Source: an uncultured Gammaproteobacteria bacterium (GTDB taxonomy: Bacteria > Pseudomonadota > Gammaproteobacteria > Steroidobacterales > JABDLF01). From it: a DNA stretch of 64,000 bases. The DNA lies in contig CAVWXZ010000014.1 in NCBI GenBank assembly GCA_963759075.1, positions 9,545 through 73,544 on the forward strand. The letters run 5' to 3'. Position 1 is the stretch's first letter. Each line of letters starts with the position of its first letter. The notes under the pieces were generated by a model that was not told where the DNA came from, made no database searches, and saw nothing but the letters and a program-made list of their open reading frames with translations. This document shows, one piece after another, positions 19,679 through 33,142 of this stretch. The translations under genes and the position numbers were made by a program.

Positions 19679-21113
19679 TCAGCTCAGCGCCAGGGAACAG
19701 AGTGTAACGAGCGCCCCGGGGAAGATACCGAGCCCCAGAACGGCCAGCCCATTGGCGCTCAGCACCAAACGCATGTCGGCACCCGCTTCTAATGGTGCCG
19801 AATCTTCTGCCTTGTCAAAATACATCAGCTTGACTATGCGCAGATAATAGAACGCACCAACCACCGAAAACAGGACACCGACCACCGCGAGCCAGGTCAG
19901 CCCGGCGTCAACAACCGCCGCCAGCACCAGCCACTTCGCGTAGAAACCCACCAGCGGCGGGACGCCTGCCATGCTGAACATCATGATCACCATGACCCCG
20001 GCAAACCAGGGGCTGCGCTCATTGAGCCCTTTGAAGTCGTCCAGCTGATCAGCTTCAAAGCCGGCGCGAGACAGCAGAATGACCATCCCGAAGGCGCCCG
20101 CTGCCATGAGCGTATAGGTCAGCGTATAAAACATGGCGGCCGCGTTGCCCTGCGACGCCACCGCCGATAAAACCGAGCAGAATGAAGCCCACATGGGAAA
20201 TGGTCGAATAAGCGAGCATGCGCTTGATGTTGGTCTGGGCAATGGCGACCACGTTGCCAATACCCATGGACAATACAGCCATGATAATGAGCATATCCCG
20301 CCAGCCGGAGTACAGCTCTCCCAGCCCTTCAACCAACACGCGCATTACGAGCGCGAAAGCCGCGATCTTGGGCGCGGTGCCCAGATACAGGGTCACGGTG
20401 GTCGGCGCGCCATGGTAAACGTCAGGCAGCCACATGTGAAACGGCACCGCACCGAGCTTGAAGGCGACGCCCACGAGCACGAAAGAAAGCGCAAACAACA
20501 GGGGCAGAGTCAGGCCCTGTGTCGCGATTGCAGCGCCCGTTTCGCTGAGATCCAGGGTGCCGGTCAGGCCGTACAAAATCGATATGCCATACAGCAAGGT
20601 GCCCGAAGCAATGGCTCCCAGGACAAAGTACTTCATGGCGGCCTCGCTGGCCGCAGGCGAATTGCGATCAAATGCGACCATCGCGTACAGCGAAAGCGAC
20701 AGCAGCTCCAGCCCGAGGTAGATGGTCAGAAAGCTGTGCGCAGAAATCATGACCATGATGCCCAGCAGCGCAAACAGTCCGAGCAGATAGAATTCGCCCA
20801 GAAAAAGCTTCCTTGTCCGCATGTAGACCCTGGAATACACGAAAACCAGCGCCACCGTGAGGTAGGCAAAAAGCTTGAGCACAGCAGCCATGTTGTCCGC
20901 CACATAGCTGCCGCTGAAGGTTTCGATCCGCGGTCCGAAACCCTGTGTCCAGGTGATTATCAGGCAGCCTGCGAGGCTGGCAAGCGACAGTCCGAAAGTG
21001 ACCATGCGCGTTCGCTCACTCAGAAACAGGTCTACGAGCAGCACCACACAAATCGCGCACAACAGAAAAATCTCTGCGCTGGCCGGGGCGAAATCAGGAA
21101 TCTGGAAATTCAT
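19679..21113 (-). CDS. nuoN: NADH-quinone oxidoreductase subunit N (one frame break near 20100-20300)
   Basis: [30 protein letters not shown]... continues in ORF 19679..20332. Multi-TM ND2-like protein, last gene of the nuo operon. Confidence 0.9.
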
Positions 21114-21126
21114 CGGTAATACCCTG

Positions 21127-22645
21127 TCACAGTTTCCCTTGCTGAACATGCGTCAGCAACGCGTCCACCGAAGCACTCATGATGTTTATAAGCGGCGCAG
21201 GCCACAGCCCCAGAAGCAGCACTGCGGCGGCCAGAATCGCCAGCACCAGATATTCCCGGCGATTGAGATCAGTCAGTTCGGCAACGCCCTGGTTGCCTAT
21301 TTCACCAAAAATGACGCGCTTGACCATCCACAGCGTATAGGCAGCACCAAGTATCAGCGTCGTCGCCGCCAGCAGGGCGATCCAGAAACTCGCCTTGAAA
21401 GCAGCCAGTATGACCATGAATTCGCCGACAAACCCCGAGGTACCCGGCAGCCCGCTGTTCGCCAGTGCAAACAAGCACCATGAACGCGGCAAATACCGGC
21501 ATCGTGTTGACCACACCACCGTAGTCGCTGATCTCACGACTGTGCATCCGGTCGTACAAGACGCCGACACACAGGAACAGCGCCCCGGAGATCAGGCCGT
21601 GGGACACCATCTGCACCATGCCGCCCTCCACTGCCATGCGCGCGCCTTCCCAGTGCCCGGTGTTGGTAAAGATCGGAAATGCAAGGAAAAAACCCAGCGT
21701 CGCAAAACCCATATGGGCGATCGAAGAGTAGGCGATGAGCTTCTTCATATCCTCCTGCACCAGCGCCACCAGGCCGATGTAAATCACCGCTATCAGGGAA
21801 AGCGCGATGATCAGCCAGGCCAGCCCCGCGCTGGCCTCAGGCGTGATGGGCAGGCTGAAGCGCAGGAAGCCATAGCCGCCGATCTTGAGCATGATCGCTG
21901 CAAGAATAACGGAGCCGCCCGTCGGCGCTTCCACGTGCGCATCGGGCAACCAGGTGTGCACCGGTACCATCGGAATCTTGACTGCAAACGATGCCAGGAA
22001 GCCAAGGAAAATAAGCACCTGGACGTTGTAGGAAAGCGGCAGTTTGTGAAAATCGAGAATCTCGTAGCTGCCCGACTGGGTATACATATAGATCAATCGC
22101 TATCAGCATGAATACCGAGCCCAGGAAGGTATACAGGAAAGAACTTAAACGTCGCATACACCCGGCGTGGCCCACCCCAGACGCCGATAATAATGAACAT
22201 CGGGATGAGCATGGCCTCAAAAAATACGTAGAAAAGCAGCCCGTCCAGGGCCGAGAACATGCCCAGCATCAGCCCTTCCATGATCAGGAACGAGGCCATG
22301 TACTGGGCAACCTTGTACTGGATCACCTCCCAGGCTGATATCACCACCAGTCACGGTCATGAATGTGGTCAGGATAATCAGCGGCAATGATATGCCATCG
22401 ATGCCAAGGTGATAGTTGACGTTGAATAAGGGTATCCAGGACGTGAACTCCTGGAACTGCATCTCCGCGGTCGAGCGCATCGAAACCGGTAAGCAGCGGC
22501 AAGCTCAGCAGGAACGTGGCCAGCGAAGCAGACAAGCCCAGCCATCGCGCACCCTGTGGACTGCGCTCGCCCAGGACGAGGAGCAAGACGCCCGCTGCGA
22601 TGGGCAGCCAGATAACGAGGCTCAAGAAGCGGCAGTATCGCTCAT
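21127..22645 (-). CDS. nuoM: NADH-quinone oxidoreductase subunit M (at least 5 frame breaks)
   Basis: Six overlapping minus-strand ORFs between 21127 and 22697. Contains [35 protein letters not shown] and [12 protein letters not shown] (ND4 family). ATG 22645 overlaps the nuoL TGA (ATGA). Confidence 0.9.
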
Positions 22646-24628
22646 GACGCCGGCACCCCGCTGACTCCGAAGGCGTTATAGATAAACCAGCCGACAATTG
22701 CGGCCAGACCGATTATCATCGCGAACGCATAGTGATAGAGGTAGCCACTCTGCACGCGTCGCACCACACCGGAAATCCAGCCGACCGTGCGCGCCGAGCC
22801 GTTCACGATAAGCGTGTCGATCAGGGCACCGTCGCCGACCCGCCAGAAAATGCGCCCGGTCAGGCGCCCTCCTGCGGCAAGCACCTTGTCGTTGAAATCA
22901 TCGAAATAGTATTTGTTGAGCAACAGCTTATGCAGCCACGCAAACCTCGCCGCTATCAGCATCGGCAATCCGGGGCCTGCGCAGGTACACGAACCACGCG
23001 GTGACCAATCCGGCCATTGCCAGCCAGAAGGCCGGTCCCTGCAGGCCATGCACCAGGAAACTGGCCGGGCCATGAAAGTGCTGCCCAAGTTCGGCAAGCG
23101 CTTCGTGCTCGGGCGCAACCACTATGGCGCTGCCGAAATAGTCACCGAACAGCACAGGCCCGATCGTGAACCAGCCAATGACCACCGACGGAATGGCCAG
23201 CAGGATCAGCGGCAAGGTAACGACCGCGGGACTCTCCTTCAGGTGCTCGCGCGTATGCTCGTCCATACGCGGCGCCCCATGGAAGACAAGGAAAAACATC
23301 CGGAAGCTGTACAGCGCCGTCACGAACACGCCCAGCAGCACGGCCCAGTAGGCAATTCCGGCTCCGGGTATCTGAGAAGCATGCACGGCTTCGATCAGCG
23401 CGTCCTTGGAAAAGAAGCCGGAAAAACCGGGAAATCCGATCAGTGCCAGCGAACCCAACAGGCTGGTGACATAGGTAATCGGCATATAGCGGCGCAGACC
23501 GCCCATTTTGCGGATGTCCTGCTCGTGGTGCATGGCGATGATCACCGAGCCCGCGGCGAGGAACAGCAGGGCCTTGAAAAACGCATGGGTCATCAGGTGA
23601 AAAATACCGGCTGCATACGCTGAGGCACCCAGTGCCACCGTCATGTAGCCGAGCTGCGACAGTGTCGAGTACGCAATCACCCGCTTGATATCGTTTTGCA
23701 CGATGCCAAGCAGGCCCATGAAAAACGCGGTCGTGGCGCCAATCAGCAGCACCACGCTCAGCGCCGTCTCCGACAGTTCGAACAGCGGCGACATGCGGGC
23801 CACCATGAAGATACCGGCGGTCACCATGGTCGCGGCATGAATCAGGGCCGAGATCGGCGTCGGGACCTTCCATGGAATCGGGCAACCAGACATGCAGCGG
23901 CACCTGCGCTGACTTGCCCATGGCGCCGACGAACAGCAGCAGACAGATCAACGGTCATCGCAGACCACGGCCGGCCATCCATAACCTCGATCGTCTGGCC
24001 ACTCACCGACGGCGCGCGCGCAAATACTTCAGCGTAGTCCAGCGAGCCCATGAAATAGAGGACCGCCGCGATGCCCAGGATGAATCCGAAGTCGCCGACC
24101 CGGTTAACCAGAAACGCCTTCAGGTTGGCGTAAATAGCCGTTGGCCGCTTGTACCAGAAACCAATCAGCAGGTACGACACGACGCCGACCGCTTCCCAGC
24201 CGAAAAACAGCTGGAGGAAATTATTGGACATGACGAGCATCAGCATCGCGAACGTGAACAGAGAAATGTAGCTGAAGAAGCGCTGATAGCCGGGGTCGTC
24301 GTGCATGTAACCGACGGTGTAGATATGCACCATCAGCGACACAAAGGTCACCACCGTCATCATGAGCGCGGACAGCCGGTCAATCAGGAAACCCGACCTG
24401 CATGTCGATGCCTTCGCTGACCATCCAGGTGTAAACGATGCCGTTGTAGGTGCCATGCCCGTCCAGCACCAGCCCCTTCAGCACCCAGGCGGACAGCACA
24501 AATGACACGGCAACACTCAGCGTCGTGACGGTGTGCGCACCGACACGCCCGATGTGCCGACCGAACAGGCCAGCAAGCATTGCACCGGCCAGCGGCGCCA
24601 GCACGATCGTCAGGTAGACCTGCTCCAT
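22642..24628 (-). CDS. nuoL: NADH-quinone oxidoreductase subunit L (at least 3 frame breaks)
   Basis: [23 protein letters not shown]..., [47 protein letters not shown]. Fragments 24380..24628, 23842..24456, 22928..23893 and 22642..23118. Confidence 0.9.
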
Positions 24629-24631
24629 GGC

Positions 24632-24937
24632 TCAGCCCTTCATGGTGTCGAGTTCTTCGACATTAATGCTGCGGCGGTTACGGAACAGGACCACCAGGAT
24701 TGCCAGCCCGATCGCCGCTTCAGCCGCCGCCACCGTCAGGATAAAAAATACGAATATCTGCCCCGCCGTGTCGTCAAGGTAGCGCGAAAATGCGACGAAA
24801 TTGAAGTTGACAGCCAGCAGCATGAGTTCGATGCACATGAGCAGGAGAATCACATTCTTGCGATTGATAAAAATACCCGCCACGGCGAGACTGAACAGCA
24901 CACCGGAAAGAAGCAGATAGTCGGCAATTGCAATCAT
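24632..24937 (-). CDS. nuoK: NADH-quinone oxidoreductase subunit K
   Basis: Intact 101 aa, [44 protein letters not shown]. Confidence 0.9.
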   Translation of the reverse strand: MIAIADYLLLSGVLFSLAVAGIFINRKNVILLLMCIELMLLAVNFNFVAFSRYLDDTAGQIFVFFILTVAAAEAAIGLAILVVLFRNRRSINVEELDTMKG

Positions 24938-25539
24938 TCTTTGCTCTCGCCTTTCATCTTAATTAATCGCACCCGGTCCTCACGGCGCGTTGCAACCTGC
25001 CGGGCAATGTTCTGCACCTTCAGATTCGGCCGCTTGCGCATTGTCAGCGCAATTGCGGCAACGATCGCCACCAGCAGGATAACGGCGGCGATCTCAAAGG
25101 CGTAGACATACTCGGTGTACAGCAGCTTCCCGATTTCCTCCGTGTTGCTGTAGTCCAGCGGACGGGGTTCCGGGTTTGCAAGCAACTGAACACCCATCTG
25201 GCTTGCCCGCACCACGTAGGCAATTTCTACCGCCACTATTACGGTGACCAGCGCACCAAGCGGCGCATAGCGCGTGAAGCCCTGGCGCTCGCTCGCAACG
25301 TTGATATCCAGCATCATCACCACGAACAGGAACAGCACCATGACTGCCCCTACGTATACCAGCACCAGGACGATGGCCAGAAATTCGGCCTCCAGCAACA
25401 TCCAGAGAATCGAGCTGTTAAAAAACGCAAGCACGAGCCACAGCACCGCGTGCACCGGATTTCGGGCAGTGATCACACCGATGGCGGCAGCAATCAGCAC
25501 CGCACCAAAGGTATAAAAAAGTAGTTGTTCAAATGACAT
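24934..25539 (-). CDS. nuoJ: NADH-quinone oxidoreductase subunit J
   Basis: Intact 201-aa multi-TM protein lying between nuoI and nuoK. Its stop overlaps the nuoK start. Confidence 0.85.
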   Translation of the reverse strand: MSFEQLLFYTFGAVLIAAAIGVITARNPVHAVLWLVLAFFNSSILWMLLEAEFLAIVLVLVYVGAVMVLFLFVVMMLDINVASERQGFTRYAPLGALVTVIVAVEIAYVVRASQMGVQLLANPEPRPLDYSNTEEIGKLLYTEYVYAFEIAAVILLVAIVAAIALTMRKRPNLKVQNIARQVATRREDRVRLIKMKGESKE

Positions 25540-25576
25540 GTTTGTCTTTCAGCCTTGTCTCAAAAACAGCCGCGCA

Positions 25577-26067
25577 TCAGCGATACGGCGCGTCGGCCGC
25601 CTTGTCCGCCGCAATCATCGCTTCGTACTTTTCGCCCACAGCCAGCAGCTTGTCCTTGGTCATGATGTTTTCGCCGCGGTTCTCCATGTGATATTCGTGA
25701 ATACGCGTTTCCACGATTGCATCTACCGGACAAGCCTCCTCGCAAAACCCGCAATAGATGCATTTGAAAAGATCAATGTCATAGCGTGTCGTGCGGCGAA
25801 TCCCGTCATCACCGACATCCGAATCAATGGTGATCGCCAGCGCCGGGCAAACCGCCTCGCAGAGTTTGCAGGCGATACACCGCTCCTCACCGTTGGGGTA
25901 GCGACGCAGTGCATGCAGACCCCTGAAACGCGGCGACTGTGGCGTCTTTTCTTCCGGGTAGTGCAGGGTAACTTTGGGTCGCAACATGTTCCTGAAAGTT
26001 ACGCCGAGGCCCTGACCGAGTTCCCACAGGAAAAAAGTCTTAAGTAGCTTCTTACGCGATTTATCAC
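25577..26067 (-). CDS. nuoI: NADH-quinone oxidoreductase subunit I (one base missing in codons 2-3)
   Basis: Two 4Fe-4S motifs, [12 protein letters not shown] and [12 protein letters not shown]. The upstream reading [26 protein letters not shown] is in frame. GTG 26067 behind GAGGAG is 80 nt (not 81) from the ORF-track start. Confidence 0.9.
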
Positions 26068-26086
26068 TGCTGCATTCTCCTCACCG

Positions 26087-27160
26087 TCATACCGCCCACG
26101 GTCCGACCTGATAAACCACCATCACGCCTTCCACGAACAACCAGACGATGGTGACGGGAATGAATACCTTCCAGCCAAGGCGCATGATCTGATCGTAACG
26201 ATAGCGAGGAAACGTGGCCCGAAACCAAAGAAAGCAGAACAGGAAAATACATATCTTCAGCGCCAGCCAGATGAACCCCGGTGCTGCGAGGAACGAATTC
26301 CCGCCCAGCCAGGCAGGCAGCCCTTCGAATGGTGACAGCCAGCCCCCCAGAAACATGGTGGCCGCCAGCACCGAAATCAGGATCATGTTGGCGTACTCCG
26401 CCAGAAAAAACACGGCGAAAGCTGTTCCCGAATACTCGACGTGAAATCCCGCCACGATCTCGGACTCGCCTTCCGCAACGTCGAAGGGCGCACGGTTGGT
26501 TTCCGCGACACCGGAAATAAAATACACCACAAACAGAGGCAGCAGCGGCAACCAGAACCAGCTCGTAACACCGCCCGACTGAGCCTCGATGATCTTGCCC
26601 AGGTTGAGGCTGCCCGCAGCCATCAGTACGCCTACCAGGGCGAAACCCATGGCAATTTCGTAGGCGACGATCTGAGCTGCCGAGCGCATCGTGCCAAGAA
26701 ACGCGTACTTGGAGTTGGAAGCCCAGCCCGCCAGGATGACGCCGTACACACCGAGCGACGTCAGCGCGAGTACATAAAGCAGTCCGGCGTCGACATTGGC
26801 CAGGACAAAAGTCGGACTGAGTGGCACCACGGCCCAGGTGGCCAATGCAGGCATGATCGACAGCACAGGCGCAATAATGAACAGAAACCTGTTCGCATTG
26901 CGCGGCACAACGACTTCCTTGAGCAGCAGCTTGAGCACATCCGCAAAAGGTTGCAGCAGACCTTTGTAGCCTACCCGGTTCGGCCCTATGCGACCCTGCA
27001 TCATGCCGATTACTTTTCGCTCCGCGTAGGTCAGGTAAGCAACGGCGAGAATCAGCGGCAACAGGATAACAACGATCTTGATCAGAATAGTCAGAACGAT
27101 CTGCAACCATGCAGGAAGCAGGCCAAGGACCGGGTCGAGAAAACTGATGAAAGACTGCAT
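26087..27160 (-). CDS. nuoH: NADH-quinone oxidoreductase subunit H
   Basis: Intact 357 aa, [20 protein letters not shown]...[19 protein letters not shown] (ND1 family). Confidence 0.9.
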   Translation of the reverse strand: MQSFISFLDPVLGLLPAWLQIVLTILIKIVVILLPLILAVAYLTYAERKVIGMMQGRIGPNRVGYKGLLQPFADVLKLLLKEVVVPRNANRFLFIIAPVLSIMPALATWAVVPLSPTFVLANVDAGLLYVLALTSLGVYGVILAGWASNSKYAFLGTMRSAAQIVAYEIAMGFALVGVLMAAGSLNLGKIIEAQSGGVTSWFWLPLLPLFVVYFISGVAETNRAPFDVAEGESEIVAGFHVEYSGTAFAVFFLAEYANMILISVLAATMFLGGWLSPFEGLPAWLGGNSFLAAPGFIWLALKICIFLFCFLWFRATFPRYRYDQIMRLGWKVFIPVTIVWLFVEGVMVVYQVGPWAV

Positions 27161-27166
27161 CTGAAA

Positions 27167-29360
27167 TCAGGCCGCCGCCTGGCCATCGCGAGTCGCCTGC
27201 AAAGGCGCGGAACGCCTCAGCAGCGCGTCCGACTGATACGCGCCCAGCCCGCGCCCGTGATGTCCTTCAGCTGCCAGAGATTCAGGATCTGCCTGATAGC
27301 TGCCCTGGTAGCCGGTGTCCAGTTCCGCATCGCCCACCAGGGCATGCAGCTCATTGAGCACATCCTGGCAAGATGAGTAGTCGAAATTTGGCATCTCAAA
27401 CAGGTTACCGAGCACCCGCAGCACCTTCCATCCAGGCCGTGACTCCCCTACCGGCTGCGCAGCGCCATGGAAACTCTGCCAGCGCCCTTCCAGGTTAACG
27501 AATGTCCCGGCCGTTTCGGCAAAGGTGCCTATCGGGAGCAAAACGTCGGCGTAACTGCGCGCCTTTTCATTGTCGAACGGCGTGACCACGGCCACGAACT
27601 CAGCCTGCTCCAGCGCGGCAAGCGCAGCCGCACCGTCCGCAAGATCGTGCTCGGGTTCGAGGCCAAACAACAGGTACGCATTGCGCGGGCGTTCGATCAT
27701 CTGGGCGGCATTGAGCCCGCTCTGCGTGCGCGCCTGCCCGGCGGGTCCGCGATGCGGCAGCACACCTGCCAGCGCCGCCCCCGCCGAATTCGCTCCGCGC
27801 GGCAGATAGCCCAGGCGAGCCGCGCTGAGTCTGGCAATTTCCACGGCCAGCAGCCGCAGCTCTGAATACGCCTTGTGCTCCAGCGCAATGCTCCCAAGCA
27901 ACACCAGCTGACCCTTTTCGGCCAGCAGCTGCTCCGCAATCCGGCGCTCCGTGTCGCCCGCCTGGACCGCGTCGAGCAGTACCGCAACGGACGCATTCGG
28001 CGCGCCACCTGTTTTTTCTACCAGCGCCTTGAGCACACCTGCAAGCGCTCGCACCAGACCGGCGTCCCCGGCCTCAAGATAAGCCGCAACGTCAAAAAAG
28101 TACTCATAGTGCCCCGGGTTGACCAGCATGACTTTCGCGCCGGCCAGGCTTGCCTTGCGGATACGGTGAGCAAAGTATGGGCGCCTCGCGCCGCAAATCG
28201 GATCCGACCACGAGCACCCCTGGCAGCGCTTCTGATTTCTGCGAGGGCCATGCCCAGCCCGGGATAGAGGGGATCACCCTCCTGATCCCGGAAATCGGTC
28301 CGTCGCCTACGATGATCTATGTTCGCCGTACCGATCCCGTCGGCCAGCCTGCGCAACAGGTGAAGCTCCTCGAGGGTGGCGTTTTCCGCAGCCATGACAC
28401 CGAGCCGCTCGGGCACCGCATTCTCTGCGGCACCAACGGCCTGGCGCACGCCGCGGACCACGGCCTCAAGCGCGGTTTCCCAGTCACAGACTTCCCAGGC
28501 GTCCTCGCGCTTGATCATTGGCGATTGCAGGCGATCATCGCTGTACACCGCTGGATAGCTGAACCTGTCCCGATCGCTGATCCAGGTCTCATTGATATCT
28601 TCACAGTCGCGCGGCACGACGCGCATCAATTCCCCGCGACGCACGTGACCGTACAGATTGCTGCCCACGGCGTCATGCGGTGAGACCAGCGGATGCTGAG
28701 TCATCTCCCAGCCCGCGCGCCCGAAAGCGAAACGGTTTGGAGTTCAAAGCGCCGACGGGACAAAGGTCAATGATATTGCCCGACAGCTCATGATCAACGC
28801 TGCGCTGAATGTAGGTGCCGATGCGGTTATTTTCCCCGCGACCTGTCGTGCCCAATTCCTGAATGCCGGCAATTTCCTGCGCCGAAACGCACGCAGCGGG
28901 TGCAGTGAATACAGCGGGTCATGTCGGTCGAAACCAGCGGCCCCAGGCTCTGATCCTTAACGACGCGCTTGCGCTCGGTGTAGCGGGAAATTCCCCGGCC
29001 ATAACCGATGGCCTGGTCCTGCAACTCACATTCGCCGCCCTGGTCGCAAATCGGGCAATCCAGCGGGTGGTTGATCAGCAGGAATTCCATTGTCGCTTTT
29101 TGCGCCGAGATCGCCCGTGGCGATCTGGTAAAGACCTTCATGCCCTCTGCAACCGGCGTTGCGCACGCGGGCAGCGGTTTCGGTGCGCGCTCGACCTCAA
29201 CCAGGCACATGCGGCAATTCGCCGCGACCGACAATTTCTGGTGATAGCAAAATCGTGGGATATGGATATCCGCGTGATCGGTCACCTCAATCAGCATCTG
29301 GCCCTTTTTGGCGGTCAGGGCCTGGCCGTCGACTTCAATGTTGACCTGGTCGTCACTCAT
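27167..29360 (-). CDS. nuoG: NADH-quinone oxidoreductase subunit G (about 3 frame breaks)
   Basis: [26 protein letters not shown]...[23 protein letters not shown]... plus the molybdopterin-like C-terminal part in ORFs 28018..28704 and 27167..28129. Confidence 0.9.
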
Positions 29361-29380
29361 GCCTTATTCCCGCTGTTCAC

Positions 29381-30688
29381 TCAGGCTGCTGCCCGGCCAT
29401 TGGCCTCAACGATCGAGCGCCCGTGCTCGATCATGTACTCAAACTCATGGCGAAAATGCTTGAGGAAACTCTGCACCGGCCACGCCGCGGCGTCGCCAAA
29501 TGCGCATATGGTGTGGCCTTCGATCTTGTTCGCCACGTCGAGCAGCTTGCCGAGGTCTTCAGGCCGTGCCTTGCCCTTCAACGATGCGTGTCAGCATCCG
29601 GTACAGCCAGCCAGTGCCTTCGCGGCATGGCGTGCACTGCCCGCAACTTTCTGCGAAATAGAATCGTGATATCCGCTGCAATACGCTGACCATGCAGGTC
29701 GTCTCGTCCATGACCACCACGGCGCCAGTGCCGATTGCGGATCCCGCATGCTGCAGGGAATCATGGTCCATCCTGAGGTCAATAATGGCGTCGGCCGGCA
29801 TCACTGGCACAGACGACCCGCCAGGTATCACGGCTTTGAGTTTGCGACCGCCGCGCACACCGCCACACAGCTCGAGCAGGTCCCGAAACGGGATCCCGGC
29901 CGGCAATTCATGGTTGCCTGGCTTCTCGACATGGCCCGACACAGAATAAATCAGCGTACCGCCGGAATTCTCGGTGCCCAGTGCTTTGAACCACGCACCA
30001 CCCTTGCGCATGATGGTCGGTACGGAAGCCAGCGAGTAGGTGTTGTTGATCGTCGTCGGCTTACCGTAGAGGCCGAAGTTCGCCGGAAACGGCGGCTTAA
30101 AGCGCGGCTTACCTTGCTTGCCTTCCAGAGACTCAAGCAGTGCGGTTTCTTCGCCGCAAATGTATGCGCCGGCACCAACAAATGCATGACAATCGAAATC
30201 GATGCCGGAGCCCATGCAGGTTCTTGCCCAGCAGACCCGCCTCGTAAGCTTCTTTCAAAGCCGCTTCAAAGCGCGGCACGGGCTCGTCCAGAAACTCGCC
30301 GCGTATGTAGTTGTAGCCAACTGTCGCGCCCATCGCGTACCCGGCGATGGCCATGCCTTCGATGACAGAGTGCGGGTTAAATCGCAGAATATCGCGGTCG
30401 TGACAGGTGGCCGGTTCACTCTCATCTGAATTGCACACGATGTATTTCTGAACCGGCGCCTTGCGCGGCATGAAACTCCACTTCAGACCGGTCGGGAAGC
30501 CGGCCCCGCCGCGCCCGCGCAGACCCGAAGCCTTGACCTCTTCGATGACTTCTTCCTGAGGCGTCTTCTCCGCGAGAATTTTCTTCCACGCGTCATAGCC
30601 ACCAATGGCAATAGTAATTCTCCAGTGTCCAGGGCTCATCAAAATCAAAGGTCGCGAACGCCACCAGATTTTTCTGTTCGTTCTTCAT
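29381..30688 (-). CDS. nuoF: NADH-quinone oxidoreductase subunit F (about 3 frame breaks)
   Basis: [18 protein letters not shown] (NADH/FMN site) and [15 protein letters not shown] (4Fe-4S). ATG 30688 ([25 protein letters not shown]) overlaps the nuoE TGA. Confidence 0.9.
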
Positions 30689-31192
30689 TCGATGCCGTCC
30701 AGAATCTCGTCTACTTTCTCAGGCGTCAGGTTTTCGTAGTACTTGTGATCCACCATCATCATCGGCGCGCCGACACAGGCCGCCAGGCATTCTTCCTCGC
30801 GCTTGAGGTAAGAACTTGCCATCGGGCGTGCTTTCGCCGGTCCTGATGCCCAGTCGTGACTCGACATGCTCGACAATTTCATCCGATCCGCACAGCGAAC
30901 AGGACAGATTGGTACAGACCGAAATGCTGTGACGGCCCACCGGGCGTGGTTTCAAACATCGAATAGAAACTCGCCACCTCGTAGACCTGGATCGGCGGCA
31001 GATCGAGATAGTCCGCAACGGCATCCATGAGTTCTGGCGTCAGATAGCCGTTGTTGTCGTGCTGCACAATGCGCAGCGCCGAGATCACCGCCGAGCGCTG
31101 CCGACCCTCCGGAAACCGCGCGATCCAGCGCGTCGATTTCCTCACGGGCATGCGCGGACAGAGCCGCTTATCTTGTCTCCGTCAGCGTCCAT
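30685..31192 (-). CDS. nuoE: NADH-quinone oxidoreductase subunit E (about 3 frame breaks)
   Basis: RWIARFPEGRQRSAVISALRIVQHDNNGYLTPELMDAVADYLDLPPIQVYEVASFYSMF, then C...CGS... and [31 protein letters not shown] in shifted frames. Confidence 0.85.
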
Positions 31193-32449
31193 CAGCGATC
31201 AATCTCCCCGAACACAATGTCCTGCGTGCCGATCACCGCGACCACGTCGGCCAGCATGTGGCCCTTGACCATTTCCTCCAGCGCCGCAAGATGCGCGAAG
31301 CCCGGCGCACGTACCTTCAGCCGGTAAGGCTTGTTGGCGCCGTCCGAGACCAGGTAGACACCGAACTCGCCCTTCGGCGCCTCAACTGCCGCGTAGGCCT
31401 CGCCTTCCGGTACGCAATAGCCTTCTGTAAACAGCTTGAAGTGATGAATGAGGGACTCCATGTTGCCCTTTCATTTCAGGCCGGGATGGCGCACGCACCT
31501 TGCGGTCATCGCTCATTACCGGACCGGGATGCTTACGCAGCCAGTCCACGCACTGGCGAATAATCCGGTTGGACTGACGCATTTCTTCAACCCGCACCAG
31601 GTAGCGGTCATAGCAGTCGCCGTTGACGCCTACCGGTATGTCGAAATCGACTTTCGAATAGACCTCGTAGGGCTGTTTCTTGCGCAGATCCCAGGCCACG
31701 CCGGAACCACGCAGCATCGGTCCGGAGAACCCCAGGGCCATGGCCCGCTCCGGGCTGACCACGCCGATATTGACCGTGCGCTGCTTCCAGATCCGGTTGT
31801 CCGTCAGCAGGGTTTCGTACTCGTCGATGTTCGCCGGAAAACGATCCGTGAAGTCTTCGATGAAATCGAGCAAAGTGCCCTGACGATTGGCGTTAATCCT
31901 GTCGACGTCTTTCTGGCTTCGCCAGCGCGTCGGCTGCAGCCGCGGCATTTCTTCGGGCAGGTCCCGATAGACACCACCCGGCCGATAATAGGTCGCATGC
32001 ATACGGGTTCCGGAAACCACCTCGTAGCAGTCCATCAGGTCTTCGCGCTCACGAAAGCAGTACAGGAACATGGTCATCGCGCCGATATCGAGACCATGCG
32101 CACCCAGCCACATCAGGTGATTCAGGATGCGGGTGATTTCGTCAAACATCACTCGGATATATTGCGCACGTACCGGCGGCTCTATGCCCAGCAATTTCTC
32201 AATCGCCAGCACGTAGCCATGCTCGTTGCACATCATGGATACGTAATCGAGACGGTCCATGTAGCCGATGCTCTGGTTGAAAGGTTTACTCTCCGCCAGC
32301 TTTTCCGTGGCGCGATGCAGGAGTCCGACGTGCGGATCGGCCCTTTGAATCACTTCCCCGTCCATTTCCAGCACCAGCCTCAACACGCCATGCGCCGCGG
32401 GATGCTGAGGCCCGAAGTTCATCGTGAAGTTCTGAATCTCAGACATCAC
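31192..32449 (-). CDS. nuoD: NADH-quinone oxidoreductase subunit D (one frame break near 31420)
   Basis: [50 protein letters not shown]..., C-terminus ...[17 protein letters not shown]. Separate from nuoC, not fused as in E. coli. Confidence 0.9.
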
Positions 32450-33139
32450 CCGAATCCTCGTTCAGTTCCTCTTCATAGCGGCTGTCATGCCGGATCACTT
32501 TTGGCACCAGCACGCGCGGCTGGATACTGACTGGCTGATAGACAACGCGACCCTTTTCCGGGTCATAGCGGACCTCGACGTTGCCAATGAGCGGGAAATC
32601 TTTTCGAAACGGGTGCCCGATGAACCCGTAGTCGGTGAGGAGTCTTCGCAAGTCGGGATGCCCTCGGAACAGAATACCAAACAGATCAAAAGCCTCTCTT
32701 TCAAACCAGTTCGCCGAGTTCCAGATCTCGTTGACCGAATCAATAACGGGGGGCTCGCCCTCATCGCAAAAGACCCGCAAGCGCAGCCGATGATTTTTGG
32801 AAATCGACAACAGATGATAGACCACCGCAAAACGCCGCTCGCCCGACGCCGTGGATCGGGACCTCATCACGCTCTACCGCACGACTGAAGCCCGAGCCAC
32901 TGGCGCTCATCGGTGTCCCACTCGTCTTGCCCGTAGCTCGAGGTAGTCGACACCGCATACGTCCATGAGACACTCAAAAGCGAACTGCGGCTCATCACGC
33001 AGAACCATGCAGGTTCCAGCCAGCGCATCGACGCGCACTTCAAAGCAGGCCTCACCGCAGATCGAAGGCACTTCGGTCAGCGCTCTCGCCAAACCGTCCC
33101 TGATCTGCCGCCAGCAGTTTTTCGGTGCGCGAAGCCCAT
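32439..33139 (-). CDS. nuoC: NADH-quinone oxidoreductase subunit C (2-3 frame breaks; start approximate)
   Basis: [19 protein letters not shown]...[34 protein letters not shown]-terminal pieces ([53 protein letters not shown]) lie in other frames. Confidence 0.85.
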
Positions 33140-33142
33140 TGA

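Noticed and set aside
20133-32530. Several long plus-strand ORFs inside the nuo operon (for example 20133..21119, 22913..23623, 26441..27376, 31448..32530)
   Set aside because: All lie antisense to nuo subunits with clear motifs. They are rich in Arg/His/Gln, as expected for the reverse frame of GC-rich membrane-protein genes.
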